NCBI RefSeq assembly: GCF_030013205.1
Contig: NZ_CP122648.1
Reading direction: 5' to 3' (one strand)
DNA from: Escherichia coli
GTDB lineage: Bacteria; Pseudomonadota; Gammaproteobacteria; Enterobacterales; Enterobacteriaceae
DNA length: 64,000 nucleotides
Below the pieces are notes generated by a model. That model did no database searches and was not told the DNA's origin. It worked only from the letters and a program-made list of their open reading frames with translations. Position numbers and translations under genes: made by a program. Of the stretch, positions 45,638 through 55,645 are shown one piece after another; the stretch's first letter is position 1; every line of letters begins with the position of its first letter.

Positions 45638-46004
45638 TTAAACCCGGCCAGTGAAAATCACTGGCCGGAGCAGTATCAGGATTTTTTAGTATGCCGTTCT
45701 CACAAAAAAACCGCTTGCCATGCCGCAATCAGTCAGGTTACATTTCCGCTGCACCTCATAAAACGGGTGCCGGGATTTCCACCCCGCTGACAACCAAAGC
45801 GCACAACCGCGCCAGCGGTTTTTTTGTGCGTACCGTATCGCCACGTCTTTTTCGCACACGAATTATGGTGGGGCGTATGGGGCCGACTTCGGTCGGGCCG
45901 GGTTCTTTGGTTGCCGGTTGTGGAAACCCTGTACGTCTCACCACCCCGAGTTTTCCACCTCTGGATGGTGAGTTTTCAAAACTTACAACCAAAGAGGCCA
46001 CACC

Positions 46005-46235
46005 ATGGCAAACCGCAAACAACAGCGCACATACGCTGCGCGTCGTCACATCCAGACTGAAATCAACCGCAGACTTTTCCGCGCATTCCGCGTCGCGCAA
46101 ATCATGCACATCAATATGCTGCATGAACGCAGTCACGCACTATCGAACAGCTATTCCGCCTCTGTTTTCAGCTATCTGGCGGATGATCTGCGCGAGCTTC
46201 AGCAGCTCATCCAGCAGCAAAACAAACTCCATTAA
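46005..46235 (+). CDS. Hypothetical small basic protein, 76 aa
   Basis: ORF downstream of a structured non-coding stretch. Confidence 0.35.
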   Translation: MANRKQQRTYAARRHIQTEINRRLFRAFRVAQIMHINMLHERSHALSNSYSASVFSYLADDLRELQQLIQQQNKLH

Positions 46236-46307
46236 TTCCTGTTCCGGGCCTTTCCTGCACCTTGCGGCGGGAGGCCTTCGCACATCTGTAACAAGAGGAG
46301 TGCCGCA

Positions 46308-46673
46308 ATGATTCTCGCCAACGACTTTCTTGAATACCTGCTCAACACAGAGCGTGATCTTGCCGTTCGCGTGCGTGACCGTTATGACATGTACCTGAAA
46401 TCCCTGCCTGTACCGCAGCTCGCTGACGGAAAGATTGTTATTGATGGCCGCTACATGATTGACAGCCACGAGGGAAATTACAGGCTTTACCGCATTGAAG
46501 GCGGCACCCCGTCCGTTATTGGCATTTACCAGCGCCCATCCTCTGCGATCGTCGATGTGATTGCAGACAGCATCCGCATCACACATCACTATGCCGACAC
46601 AGAAGACACCGTGCTGGAAATTCAGCGGCTGGCTACAGTCTGCCGCGACACCCTGAATGGCATGACGAAGTAA
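46308..46673 (+). CDS. Hypothetical phage protein, 121 aa
   Basis: Tightly packed with downstream ORFs. Confidence 0.45.
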   Translation: MILANDFLEYLLNTERDLAVRVRDRYDMYLKSLPVPQLADGKIVIDGRYMIDSHEGNYRLYRIEGGTPSVIGIYQRPSSAIVDVIADSIRITHHYADTEDTVLEIQRLATVCRDTLNGMTK

Positions 46674-46679
46674 ATCACT

Positions 46680-46967
46680 ATGACAGCAGAGTACATCAGG
46701 GACTGGCAACAACCGCGCCACGCAGTGGGGCGTGAAGGAACGGGGATCCCTGCTCCTGAAGCGGTGGAAGGTGTCGCAACGTCACAGGCCGACATTATCG
46801 ACCGTTTTAATGCGCTGGAAACCCGCCATCAGCAGGACAGCCAGAAAATCACTTTACTGACCACAGAGCTGACAGCACTGAAGGAAAAACTGCGCACGCA
46901 GGACGGCGATCCGCAGAACCGGTTCACCGCAACGGGCGCAGCCTCCGATCAACTGGCTGACTTCTGA
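46680..46967 (+). CDS. Hypothetical phage protein, 95 aa
   Basis: Tightly packed ORF. Confidence 0.45.
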   Translation: MTAEYIRDWQQPRHAVGREGTGIPAPEAVEGVATSQADIIDRFNALETRHQQDSQKITLLTTELTALKEKLRTQDGDPQNRFTATGAASDQLADF

Positions 46968-46990
46968 TAAGACAAAGGAGCAAATTTTTT

Positions 46991-47254
46991 ATGAATCTGG
47001 TGATGTCAGATATTACCCGCAACAAGCTGGGTTGCTATATGGCGCAGCAGGCGTCGCTTAACAACATCCCGGTATCTGCACTGGTATCGCGATTTACCGT
47101 GGAACCCTCGGTGTCCGCCATTGCTGCCGCACTGCATGTGCACGGTGTGCAACGCGTGGAAATAATCGAACCCACACAGAATATGGCCATCAGCGACATA
47201 CAGGCGGCGCGCTGTGAGTCATTCACCATCAGCGAAGGTGGACGCAATGAGTAA
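46991..47254 (+). CDS. Short ORF (87 aa) overlapping the gpI start; possibly a 3' remnant of baseplate gene J
   Basis: 8-bp overlap with gpI as expected for a J/I junction; far shorter than P2 J (~300 aa). Confidence 0.35.
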   Translation: MNLVMSDITRNKLGCYMAQQASLNNIPVSALVSRFTVEPSVSAIAAALHVHGVQRVEIIEPTQNMAISDIQAARCESFTISEGGRNE

Positions 47255-47774
47255 TTCGCTGTTACCACCATCAGCCAGCAATTTCATGCGTTGTGCCGAA
47301 GCCGTCGGGACACGCATTACAGACATTCCGGTAGACCTCAACACGCTGTGGTCGCCGGATACCTGCCCGGTGCATCTGCTGCCTTATCTCGCCTGGGCAT
47401 TTTCCGTTGACCGCTGGGATCGCAACTGGCCGGAAGAGACAAAGCGACAGGTGATTCGTGATGCATGGCTGATACACCGACACAAGGGAACCATCAGCGC
47501 ACTGCGCCGGGCCATTGAGCCGCTGGGATATCTCATTCGTGTGTCTGAGTGGTGGGAGTTCGACGGCGAACCCGGAACATTCAAGGTTGATGTTGGCACG
47601 CTGGACAGTGGTGTGACCGAGGAAATGTATCTGGAAATGGAACGGCTGATTGCCGATGCCAAACCCGCAAGTCGCCACCTTATCGGCCTGAACATTATCC
47701 AGGACATTCCTGGCTATCTGTATACAGGCGGTGTGGTCTGTGATGGTGATGTTATTACTGTTTATCCCGGATAA
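47247..47774 (+). CDS. Baseplate/tail protein I (P2 gpI family), 175 aa
   Basis: MSNSLLPP...LWSPDTCPVHLLPYLAWAFSVDRWD...ERLIADAKPASRHLIGLNI matches recalled P2 gpI. Confidence 0.85.
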   Translation: MSNSLLPPSASNFMRCAEAVGTRITDIPVDLNTLWSPDTCPVHLLPYLAWAFSVDRWDRNWPEETKRQVIRDAWLIHRHKGTISALRRAIEPLGYLIRVSEWWEFDGEPGTFKVDVGTLDSGVTEEMYLEMERLIADAKPASRHLIGLNIIQDIPGYLYTGGVVCDGDVITVYPG

Positions 47775-47784
47775 GTGAGAAACA

Positions 47785-50442
47785 ATGAGCACGAAATTTA
47801 AAACCGTTATCACTACTGCCGGAGCCGCGAAGCTGGCAGCCGCCACTGTCCCCGGCGGGAAAAAAGTAACTCTGTCTGCAATGGCCGTGGGTGACGGTAA
47901 TGGCAAATTGCCGGTGCCGGATGCCGGTCAGACGAAACTGGTGCATGAGGTCTGGCGTCACGCTCTGAATAAAGTCAGCGTGGATAACAAGAATAAAAAC
48001 TATATCGTGGCTGAACTGGTTGTACCGCCAGAAGTGGGCGGCTTCTGGATGCGTGAGCTGGGTCTGTATGACGATGCCGGAACACTGATTGCGGTCGCTA
48101 ACATGGCGGAAAGCTATAAACCTGAACTCGCTGAAGGCTCCGGGCGCGCGCAGACCTGCCGCATGGTTATTATTGTCAGCAACGTGGCGTCCGTTGAGCT
48201 GAGTATTGATGCCAGCACAGTGATGGCGACGCAGGATTACGTCGATGACAAAATCGCAGAGCATGAGCAGTCCCGCCGCCATCCTGACGCCACGCTGACA
48301 GAAAAAGGTTTTACTCAGTTAAGTAGCGCAACAAACAGCACCAGTGAAGAGCTGGCGGCAACGCCAAAGGCAGTAAAAGCAGCCTATGACAATGCTGAAA
48401 AACGTATGCAGAAAGACCAGAACGGTGACGATATTCCAGATAAGGGCGCTTTTCTGGACAACGTTGGCGTTACCAGCCTGACGTTTATGAAAAACAATGG
48501 CGAAATGCCGCTTGATGCTGACTTGAATACATTTGGTCCCGTTAAGGCTTATCTTGGCATCTGGTCTAAAGCAACATCCACCAACGCAACACTGGAGAAA
48601 AATTTCCCGGAAGATAATGCTGTCGGTGTGCTTGAGGTTTTTGCAGCTGGCAATTTTGCAGGCACGCAACGTTTTATCACGAGAGACGGCAATGTATACA
48701 TGCGTAAACTCGCCAATAAGTGGAATGGCACTGATGGTCCGTGGGGCGTATGGCGTCACACTCAATCAGCTACCCGCCCTTTGAGTACGACTATAGACCT
48801 GAATACGCTTGGAGCCGCTGAGCATCTTGGTTTATGGCGTAACAGTAGCTCGGCTATAGCTTCATATGAACGCAATTATCCAGAGGAAGGCGGCTTTGCT
48901 CAGGGGACGCTTGAGATCCTCGAAGGCGGGAATTATGGAAGAACGCAACGTTATACCACTCGTCGTGGGAATATGTACGTTCGCTGCCTTGCGGCAAGCT
49001 GGGATGCATCAAATCCGCAGTGGGAACCGTGGTTAAGAGTCGGTCATCAGTCAGAGAGCCGTTATTACGAAGGTGATTTGAATGTTCTAACCGACCCCGG
49101 TATTTACAGTGTTACAGGAAAGGCGACAAACGGTCCGATGCTGGACGCTGCTGGGGCGACATTGCTTGGGATACTGGAAGTAATCAGGCGTTTTGATGGT
49201 GTATCTGTCTGGCAGCGTTACACAACCACAGGGAAATCAGAAACCACACAGGGGCGCACTTTTGAGCGCGTCTACGCCGGGAGCACATGGACCGAATGGC
49301 GAGAAGTGTATAACTCCTTTTCGTTGCCCCTGAATATGGGGATCGGTGGCGCAGTGGCAAAACTCACCAGCCTGGACTGGCAGACCTACGATTTTGTGCC
49401 GGGCAGTCTGATAACCGTTCGGCTTGATAACATGACCAATATTCCCGACGGTATGGACTGGGGCGTCATTGATGGCAACCTGATAAACATCGCTGTTGGT
49501 CCGAGTGATGATTCCGGTACGGGGCGCTCAATGCATGTATGGCGCAGCACTGTAAGTAAAGCGAATTACCGCTTTTTTATGGTTCGCATTTCAGGAAATC
49601 CGGGAAGCCGCACGATTACGACAAGACGTGTGCCAATTATCGACGAAGCTCAGACATGGGCGGCGAAACAGACATTCAGCGGTGGTCTTTCTGGCGAACT
49701 ATCCGGCAATGCTGCTACAGCAACAAAGCTGAAAACGGCAAGGACAATTAACGGCGTAAAATTTGACGGCTCGGCAAATATTGAAGCGTTTCCGCCAGGT
49801 GTTCCGCTGCCGTGGCCATCAGATACTGTGCCGTCTGGTTACGCCCTGATGCAGGGACAGACTTTTGATAAATCTGCATACCCGAAACTTGCAGTCGCTT
49901 ATCCGTCAGGCGTGATCCCGGATATGCGTGGCTGGACAATCAAGGGCAAACCCGCCAGTGGTCGGGCCGTATTGTCTCTGGAACAGGACGGCATTAAATC
50001 GCACACCCACAGTGCCAGCGCATCCAGTACGGATTTGGGTACGAAAACCACATCGTCGTTTGATTACGGTACTAAATCAACGAATAACACAGGTGCACAT
50101 ACCCACAATGTATCTGGTACTGCAAATAGTGCTGGCGCACATACTCATACCGTTCCATTAAGGAGACCAAACAGTGGCGGTATGAATTTCGACTGGCTGG
50201 ATGGTGCATCAAGTGGCACGGTGGTGGGGAATGGAACTGTGCCTTCTTCTGGCGCACATACCCACTCAGTATCAGGTACCGCTACAAGTGCTGGGGCACA
50301 TGCACACACTGTTGGTATTGGCGCTCATACGCACTCTGTTGCGATTGGTTCACATGGACACACCATCACCGTTAACGCTGCTGGTAACGCGGAAAACACC
50401 GTTAAAAACATCGCATTTAATTATATTGTGAGGCTTGCATAA
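47785..50442 (+). CDS. Tail fiber protein (P2 gpH-like), 885 aa
   Basis: Conserved N-terminal fiber domain ([20 protein letters not shown]...), internal repeats, C-terminal HxH repeats (GAHTHxVSGTAxSAGAH) ending [11 protein letters not shown]. Confidence 0.9.
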   Translation: MSTKFKTVITTAGAAKLAAATVPGGKKVTLSAMAVGDGNGKLPVPDAGQTKLVHEVWRHALNKVSVDNKNKNYIVAELVVPPEVGGFWMRELGLYDDAGTLIAVANMAESYKPELAEGSGRAQTCRMVIIVSNVASVELSIDASTVMATQDYVDDKIAEHEQSRRHPDATLTEKGFTQLSSATNSTSEELAATPKAVKAAYDNAEKRMQKDQNGDDIPDKGAFLDNVGVTSLTFMKNNGEMPLDADLNTFGPVKAYLGIWSKATSTNATLEKNFPEDNAVGVLEVFAAGNFAGTQRFITRDGNVYMRKLANKWNGTDGPWGVWRHTQSATRPLSTTIDLNTLGAAEHLGLWRNSSSAIASYERNYPEEGGFAQGTLEILEGGNYGRTQRYTTRRGNMYVRCLAASWDASNPQWEPWLRVGHQSESRYYEGDLNVLTDPGIYSVTGKATNGPMLDAAGATLLGILEVIRRFDGVSVWQRYTTTGKSETTQGRTFERVYAGSTWTEWREVYNSFSLPLNMGIGGAVAKLTSLDWQTYDFVPGSLITVRLDNMTNIPDGMDWGVIDGNLINIAVGPSDDSGTGRSMHVWRSTVSKANYRFFMVRISGNPGSRTITTRRVPIIDEAQTWAAKQTFSGGLSGELSGNAATATKLKTARTINGVKFDGSANIEAFPPGVPLPWPSDTVPSGYALMQGQTFDKSAYPKLAVAYPSGVIPDMRGWTIKGKPASGRAVLSLEQDGIKSHTHSASASSTDLGTKTTSSFDYGTKSTNNTGAHTHNVSGTANSAGAHTHTVPLRRPNSGGMNFDWLDGASSGTVVGNGTVPSSGAHTHSVSGTATSAGAHAHTVGIGAHTHSVAIGSHGHTITVNAAGNAENTVKNIAFNYIVRLA

Positions 50443-51059
50443 TGGCATTCAGAATGAGTGAACAATCACGTACTGTAAAAATTTATAACCTGCTGGCCGG
50501 AACTAATGAGTTTATTGGTGAAGGTGACGCATATATTCCACCTCATACAGGGCTGCCAGCCAATTCTACAGATATCGCCCCACCGGAAATTCCTGCTGGC
50601 TTTGTGGCAGTTTTTAACAGTGAAAATGAATCGTGGAATATTGTTGAAGACCATCGTGGTAAAACGGTCTATGACGTGGCATCGGGGGACGCGTTGTTTA
50701 TTTCTGAACCCGGACCGCTACCAGAGAATGTCACCTGGTTGTCGCCAGCAGGGGAGTATCAGAAGTGGGACGGCGTATCCTGGGTGAAGGATGAGGAAGC
50801 AGAAAAACTGTTTCGGATACGGGAAGCGGAAGAGAAAAAGGCAAGGTTGATCCAGGAAGCAACAGATAACATCGCAATTCTGCAGGATGCAGTTAATCTT
50901 GAAATAGCAACAAACGAGGAAAATTCACAACTGGATTCCTGGAGAAAATACAGAGTATTAGTGAGTAGAATTGACACCAGTACAGCTCCGGATATCGTAT
51001 GGCCAGAGCTGATGAATCAGGGTTATGTGCGGGAGGACGAGCAGATAACTTCAGACTGA
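50442..51059 (+). CDS. Tail fiber assembly chaperone (P2 gpG/Tfa-like), 205 aa
   Basis: TAATG-coupled to the fiber gene; Tfa-like sequence. Confidence 0.8.
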   Translation: MAFRMSEQSRTVKIYNLLAGTNEFIGEGDAYIPPHTGLPANSTDIAPPEIPAGFVAVFNSENESWNIVEDHRGKTVYDVASGDALFISEPGPLPENVTWLSPAGEYQKWDGVSWVKDEEAEKLFRIREAEEKKARLIQEATDNIAILQDAVNLEIATNEENSQLDSWRKYRVLVSRIDTSTAPDIVWPELMNQGYVREDEQITSD

Positions 51060-51586
51060 AATTTAGTGATGAATGTTGAATCATCTGGAATATCATGCAA
51101 TACCAATGCATGAGCACCTATTGTGACATTGTTTCCTATACGCACTTTGCCACCAAGAATGGTGGCATTACAACCAATGGTCACATTATGTCCTATAACA
51201 ATATCCATATCATTAAAATCACCACGCAGCCCAATAGTTACCCCTGGTTTTATTGAACAATTTTCACCGATTGTTACTTTGTGACCGATAACAACACTGT
51301 TGAGATAAGAAATATCAAAGCCTTTCCCTATATTTACAGTTAAAGGGACTGTTACATTATATTTATCAAGAATGAAACGTTCTATTTTCCCCGCAATCTT
51401 CCGACAGCATCCGCCTTTATCAAAAAGGTATTTGGCTATGCGCCACCAAAATAAATAACGAACTCTTCTATGTTTTATTGCGCGAACAATTGCCTTTCGC
51501 CAGGAGAAAGGACGCTCGCTACCGATTACTTCATAGTGAATACAATCTTTAAGTTCATTAATATTCATATCTCTATTATTCAGCAT
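51023..51586 (-). CDS. Hexapeptide-repeat O-acetyltransferase (WcaB/CysE-like), 187 aa
   Basis: Left-handed beta-helix repeats ([45 protein letters not shown]); AT-rich; 37-bp convergent overlap with the fiber assembly gene. Confidence 0.75.
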   Translation of the reverse strand: MLNNRDMNINELKDCIHYEVIGSERPFSWRKAIVRAIKHRRVRYLFWWRIAKYLFDKGGCCRKIAGKIERFILDKYNVTVPLTVNIGKGFDISYLNSVVIGHKVTIGENCSIKPGVTIGLRGDFNDMDIVIGHNVTIGCNATILGGKVRIGNNVTIGAHALVLHDIPDDSTFITKFQSEVICSSSRT

Positions 51587-51756
51587 AAGATAATCATGTG
51601 ACCAATTATTGTAATAATTTTAATGGTATGTTTCTACTGGCTATCCAGCGTGTCTGATGTCCAGTAACAAATCGTTAACACTGGTGCAATCAAATGGTGA
51701 GTGTTAAGACTGGCCACTTATTACCAGGTATGAGGGTATGAGTGGCCAGCATTAAA

Positions 51757-52251
51757 TCAGAACAGCCCTTTAACTGAACTGGCCGCGCTGTTAAGGGATG
51801 ATGTCACTTTATCTTTGAAGCCGGACAGCATATCGCTGAACGATGAGGATTGCAGGCGCTCCCGCAAATCCTCATCACAGCGTTCAAGGGTCAGTGAAAA
51901 TTCTATCTTTTTCGCCTTACCGTAGCGATCAAACTCGGAACGGGTCGTATTCGTTTCGGTCAGGACATACATGCCGTAAATCTGCCCGACGCCATCAATA
52001 AGAGGCCAGGGGCGTCCTGTATACGCCTGCGTGGTCAGCAGCGACAGCGACACTTCGCCACCTGTAATTTCAGGATAAAGCACACCAGAAAGAACGATGC
52101 GATCATCACCTGCACCGATATACTGCCAGCTTGCTGAACGGTTAACGCGTTCATTTTTCACATGCCGCCAGCTTTTGTTTTGCTGTAACTGCTGATGCGG
52201 CAGCGTGCGCAGCTCAAAAACAAACATGCCGTAGATCATCATCATGGCCAT
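51757..52251 (-). CDS. Tail protein U (P2 gpU-like)
   Basis: MMMIYGMFVFELRTLPHQQLQQNKSWRH...VLSGVLYPEITGG...PLIDGVGQIYGMYV matches recalled P2 gpU. Confidence 0.88.
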   Translation of the reverse strand: MAMMMIYGMFVFELRTLPHQQLQQNKSWRHVKNERVNRSASWQYIGAGDDRIVLSGVLYPEITGGEVSLSLLTTQAYTGRPWPLIDGVGQIYGMYVLTETNTTRSEFDRYGKAKKIEFSLTLERCDEDLRERLQSSSFSDMLSGFKDKVTSSLNSAASSVKGLF

Positions 52252-52257
52252 GACTCC

Positions 52258-55074
52258 TCAATCTTTATCGTAAAAACTGCCACGCCCGGCACGGGCGCGC
52301 CGTTCCATTTCTGCCCTGACCATTTCACCGACCAGTTTCGCCAGTTCGCGGGGATTCTGCGTAACAACGTTATGCAGATGAACATGAATTTCACCACCAA
52401 ATCCGGAGGCAACAGGCTCCCGGTTACGGGAAGTTACAGGAACTGATGCCACTGGAGATCGTATGGCCTCCGCCACCGGGCGGGAGCTGGCCGCAACAAC
52501 AGGGACCAGCGCCGGAGGCAGCGGAGCCGGGACCACGGGTGTGATATTAATTGCGGGGGCAGGCTTACTGACCTGCGCAATCTTCCGCTCCTGCCACTCT
52601 CCACGAACAGCAAGTGCGCGGGGCAGGTTCTTAAAGACAATATCGCCGGGGCCAATGCGTTTTTTCGTCTCATCAACCAGCTTACCTGTGTTATCAGCAA
52701 TTTTGCTGAGTCTGCGTAGCGTCCCGGTATTGCTGTCTGTGAGCGGTTTGTTGTCTTTGGGTTTATTACCTCCGGTGCCATTGCCATTTTCCACAGGCTT
52801 CGGCGGATTGATTTTCGCCAGGTCACCCTGAAGCAAGGCAACCTTGTCCTGAAGAATGGCCGCACGCTGTGCGTCTTCGATTTTCTTGCGCGCCCTTTCC
52901 GCTTCATCCGGAAGGACGCCAAGTTTTTCAAGTATCCACGCCAGCGTATCCAGTAGCATTTTTGCAGGTGTCAGAACAAGCTGTAACGCACCGCCAAGAA
53001 CGTTACCGAATATCTCGCCAGCACTGGTACATTTATCCAGCGTTTCCTTGCTGGACTCCATCGGTGACAGCAGCGATTTAAACCAGTTAAACACCTGGCT
53101 GATCCCGCTTCCGATTGTGTCAAAAACAGGACCAAACCGTTCAAAGGTTTCGCGCAACGGGGTCAGCCTTTCCATAATCCCGCTGAACACCCCGGCAAAA
53201 AATGCCCTGATGGGATCCCAGTATTTCCAGATAAGAACGGCAGCTCCGGCAAGCGCAGCCACGATAAGACCAACCGGACTGAACAACGCCCCGATGGCGC
53301 CTCCCAGTAAAGAAACGGAACCCGTCACCATTCCCCACAGCGCAGGCAACACCCTGACGACATTCATTGACCGGGTAAGAATGTCAAAACCAAGACGCAG
53401 GGTGGCCAGCTTCCCGTAAAGCACCCCAATAACCAGCGACAACGAGCCAATCGTTGCAGTCATTGCCAGCAACGCACCGCCTGCTATCAGTAGCTGGCGC
53501 GTCAGTACCGGATGGGCCTGCGCCAGCGAGGTGATTTTTTCAAGCACCCGCGTGAGCCACTGCGTGACAGAACGCAGCGGACCGTCAACCAGATCACTGA
53601 TGCGAATACGAAGACCTTCCCATGCGCTGTCGAGATTTTTCAGGTCCCCATCAAGATTATCGGCCATTACTTTTGCGACGCGATCGGCCTCTCCCCTTGC
53701 CCCCTGCAATTCTCTGGTCAGTTTTTGCAGCTCTCCTGAACCAGCCGCCGCAACAAGCGTCTGCAAACCAACGAACGCCTCTTCTCCGGCGATGTCCTTG
53801 AAGAAGGAAACCTGGTCCACCTGTCCGTATTTTTGTGTCGCCTTATAGAGATCAAGCAGCACATCCTCCATCGGGCGCATTTTGCCTCTGGCGTCAGCAA
53901 CTGACACCCCCAGCTCTTTCAGTGCATCAGCCGCAGCTTTTGGCGGTGATGCAAGGCGGGACAGACTTGCGCGCATGGCCGTACCAGCATCGCTTCCGCG
54001 AAGACCATTATTGGCAAGCATCCCGGCCATGGCCGCCGCTTCTTCAAGACTGATACCAAGTTTTGCGGCAACCGGACCGGTATACTTCATGGTTTCGCCC
54101 AGCGCGCGTAAATCAGTATTGGTCCGGGTGAATGCTGCTGTCAGCGTATCGCCAACACGGTCCATTTGATCGGCTGTCAGGTTGAACTGTGTGAGGATAT
54201 TGGAGCCTATATCAGCCGTCTCGCCGAGTTCGACGCCACCTGCCAGCGCCATATTAAGAACACCGGGCAATGCGGCCTGAATGGCCTGCGGAGTAAAACC
54301 AGCCATTGCCAGAAAGCTCTGCCCACTGGCGGCATCACTCGCAGTAAACTGTGTTTCAGAGCCAAGTTTTAACGCCTGCTCACGCAGCGCCTTAAACTGC
54401 GGGCTGTTTTTGTCGATTCGCGTCAGTGCCTGAACGCGGGACATCTCTTTGCCGAACCCGATCGCAGGCTGCAAAAAACGCCCGGCAGCATAGCCGCCCG
54501 CCGTTGCCGCACCAATTGCCAGCGCACCACCTGTTTTCAGTTTTCCCGCTGTTTCCTGCGCGCGCGAATACCGCTCACGCGCCCGTGTTACACGCGCAAG
54601 CGCCTGCCGTTCGCGTTCAAGCTGGTTGTTGTACTGTTCGGTGCGTCTGATGGCCTGCTGGATGGTGTTATCGCTGCCTGTCAGGGAAATGCCGTGGCGT
54701 TTCAGCTCTCCGCCAAGCTCCCGCATTTTCTGAATTTCCCGTGTGCGCGATTCATTCAGGCGTTCAAGCCGGGTGCTTAACTGCTGCATCAGCTTTTGTT
54801 GTTTTTCGCTGAGCACTGTACCCGTGCGTTGTAACTGATTAAGGGCGTTAAGCTGGCGTCGTGCTTTCAATATGCCAGCATCCGCTTTACTGACAGCGTC
54901 ACGGGCGCGCTCAAATGAACGCGCCTGACGCTCGAGATTTTTGATCGCCCCCTGCGTTCGCTGGATGGAGTCACCAAACTGCCCCATCAGGCGGCGGGCG
55001 TTTTCGGCAGGCCGGGTCAGCCTGTCAACGGCGCTGAAAGCGACCCGGATGTCAAGAGTCTTCATTGTCTGCAT
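52258..55074 (-). CDS. Tail tape measure protein (P2 gpT-like)
   Basis: Long coiled-coil/TM-rich protein between E' and U; start uncertain (ORF extends to 55101). Confidence 0.85.
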   Translation of the reverse strand: MQTMKTLDIRVAFSAVDRLTRPAENARRLMGQFGDSIQRTQGAIKNLERQARSFERARDAVSKADAGILKARRQLNALNQLQRTGTVLSEKQQKLMQQLSTRLERLNESRTREIQKMRELGGELKRHGISLTGSDNTIQQAIRRTEQYNNQLERERQALARVTRARERYSRAQETAGKLKTGGALAIGAATAGGYAAGRFLQPAIGFGKEMSRVQALTRIDKNSPQFKALREQALKLGSETQFTASDAASGQSFLAMAGFTPQAIQAALPGVLNMALAGGVELGETADIGSNILTQFNLTADQMDRVGDTLTAAFTRTNTDLRALGETMKYTGPVAAKLGISLEEAAAMAGMLANNGLRGSDAGTAMRASLSRLASPPKAAADALKELGVSVADARGKMRPMEDVLLDLYKATQKYGQVDQVSFFKDIAGEEAFVGLQTLVAAAGSGELQKLTRELQGARGEADRVAKVMADNLDGDLKNLDSAWEGLRIRISDLVDGPLRSVTQWLTRVLEKITSLAQAHPVLTRQLLIAGGALLAMTATIGSLSLVIGVLYGKLATLRLGFDILTRSMNVVRVLPALWGMVTGSVSLLGGAIGALFSPVGLIVAALAGAAVLIWKYWDPIRAFFAGVFSGIMERLTPLRETFERFGPVFDTIGSGISQVFNWFKSLLSPMESSKETLDKCTSAGEIFGNVLGGALQLVLTPAKMLLDTLAWILEKLGVLPDEAERARKKIEDAQRAAILQDKVALLQGDLAKINPPKPVENGNGTGGNKPKDNKPLTDSNTGTLRRLSKIADNTGKLVDETKKRIGPGDIVFKNLPRALAVRGEWQERKIAQVSKPAPAINITPVVPAPLPPALVPVVAASSRPVAEAIRSPVASVPVTSRNREPVASGFGGEIHVHLHNVVTQNPRELAKLVGEMVRAEMERRARAGRGSFYDKD

Positions 55075-55288
55075 TCCCGCTGCGAAGTGCCGCCCGCTCA
55101 CGCCAGCTAACCACTTCGCCGGGCGTCATCATGAAGATTTCGGCGGGCGACCAGTTAAAAATGGCGGCGATATCTGCCACCAGATCTTCGATGTGCTCAA
55201 AGCACACCAGGGTGATTACGCTGCCGTCTCCTGCACGCTCTTCGCGCCAGAGTCTGGCTCGCTCATAAAATTTACAGCCACAGCGCAC
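55052..55288 (-). CDS. E' frameshift extension of tail assembly chaperone (P2 E+E'-like)
   Basis: Overlapping -1 frame ORF continuing past the E stop; joined via a slippery heptamer. Confidence 0.6.
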   Translation of the reverse strand: MRCGCKFYERARLWREERAGDGSVITLVCFEHIEDLVADIAAIFNWSPAEIFMMTPGEVVSWRERAALRSGNADNEDS

Positions 55289-55590
55289 AACTGAATAAAA
55301 TCGCGTGACGACATTTTTTTAATCATCACTTCATCCAGTCGTGGCGAGGTCACGCGAGGCAACAGCGTGAACATGGTATCCGCTTTCAGATTCAGCACAT
55401 CAGACAGCGACAGACCACGCAGGGATCCAGCCTGTTCAATAGCCCCGGTGATCTCCACATACGTGATTTTTTCGCCACCACGCTCAATTGGTCGGGTCAG
55501 TTTTACGCCACGTTCGACAGCCATATCCTCACCTGCCGTCACATCATCCGCCACGGTGTTATTCCGGGTTTCAGTATCGATGTCTTTCAT
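55216..55590 (-). CDS. Tail assembly chaperone E (P2 gpE-like)
   Basis: Small acidic ORF between the tail tube and tape measure genes; start uncertain. Confidence 0.75.
   Translation of the reverse strand: MKDIDTETRNNTVADDVTAGEDMAVERGVKLTRPIERGGEKITYVEITGAIEQAGSLRGLSLSDVLNLKADTMFTLLPRVTSPRLDEVMIKKMSSRDFIQLCAVAVNFMSEPDSGAKSVQETAA
55267..55273 (-). promoter_or_regulatory. Candidate -1 programmed frameshift slippery site A_AAT_TTT (E to E')
   Basis: Heptamer of the form X_XXY_YYZ in the E frame, located where the E' frame opens. Confidence 0.45.
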
Positions 55591-55645
55591 CAGTTGTCTC
55601 CTTTTCAGTCAGAGGCGACGCACTGCGCCGCCTGCATATTACTTA

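Noticed and set aside
45691-46311. 206-aa ORF spanning the non-coding stretch after the SPFH gene
   Set aside because: Ser/Thr/Arg-rich low-complexity translation through a hairpin- and terminator-rich interval; more likely non-coding, with only the 76-aa ORF (46005-46235) plausibly real
51587-51756. Phase-variable repeat tract (NeuO-like heptanucleotide repeats) at the 5' end of the acetyltransferase
   Set aside because: No tandem short repeats are visible at or upstream of the start codon
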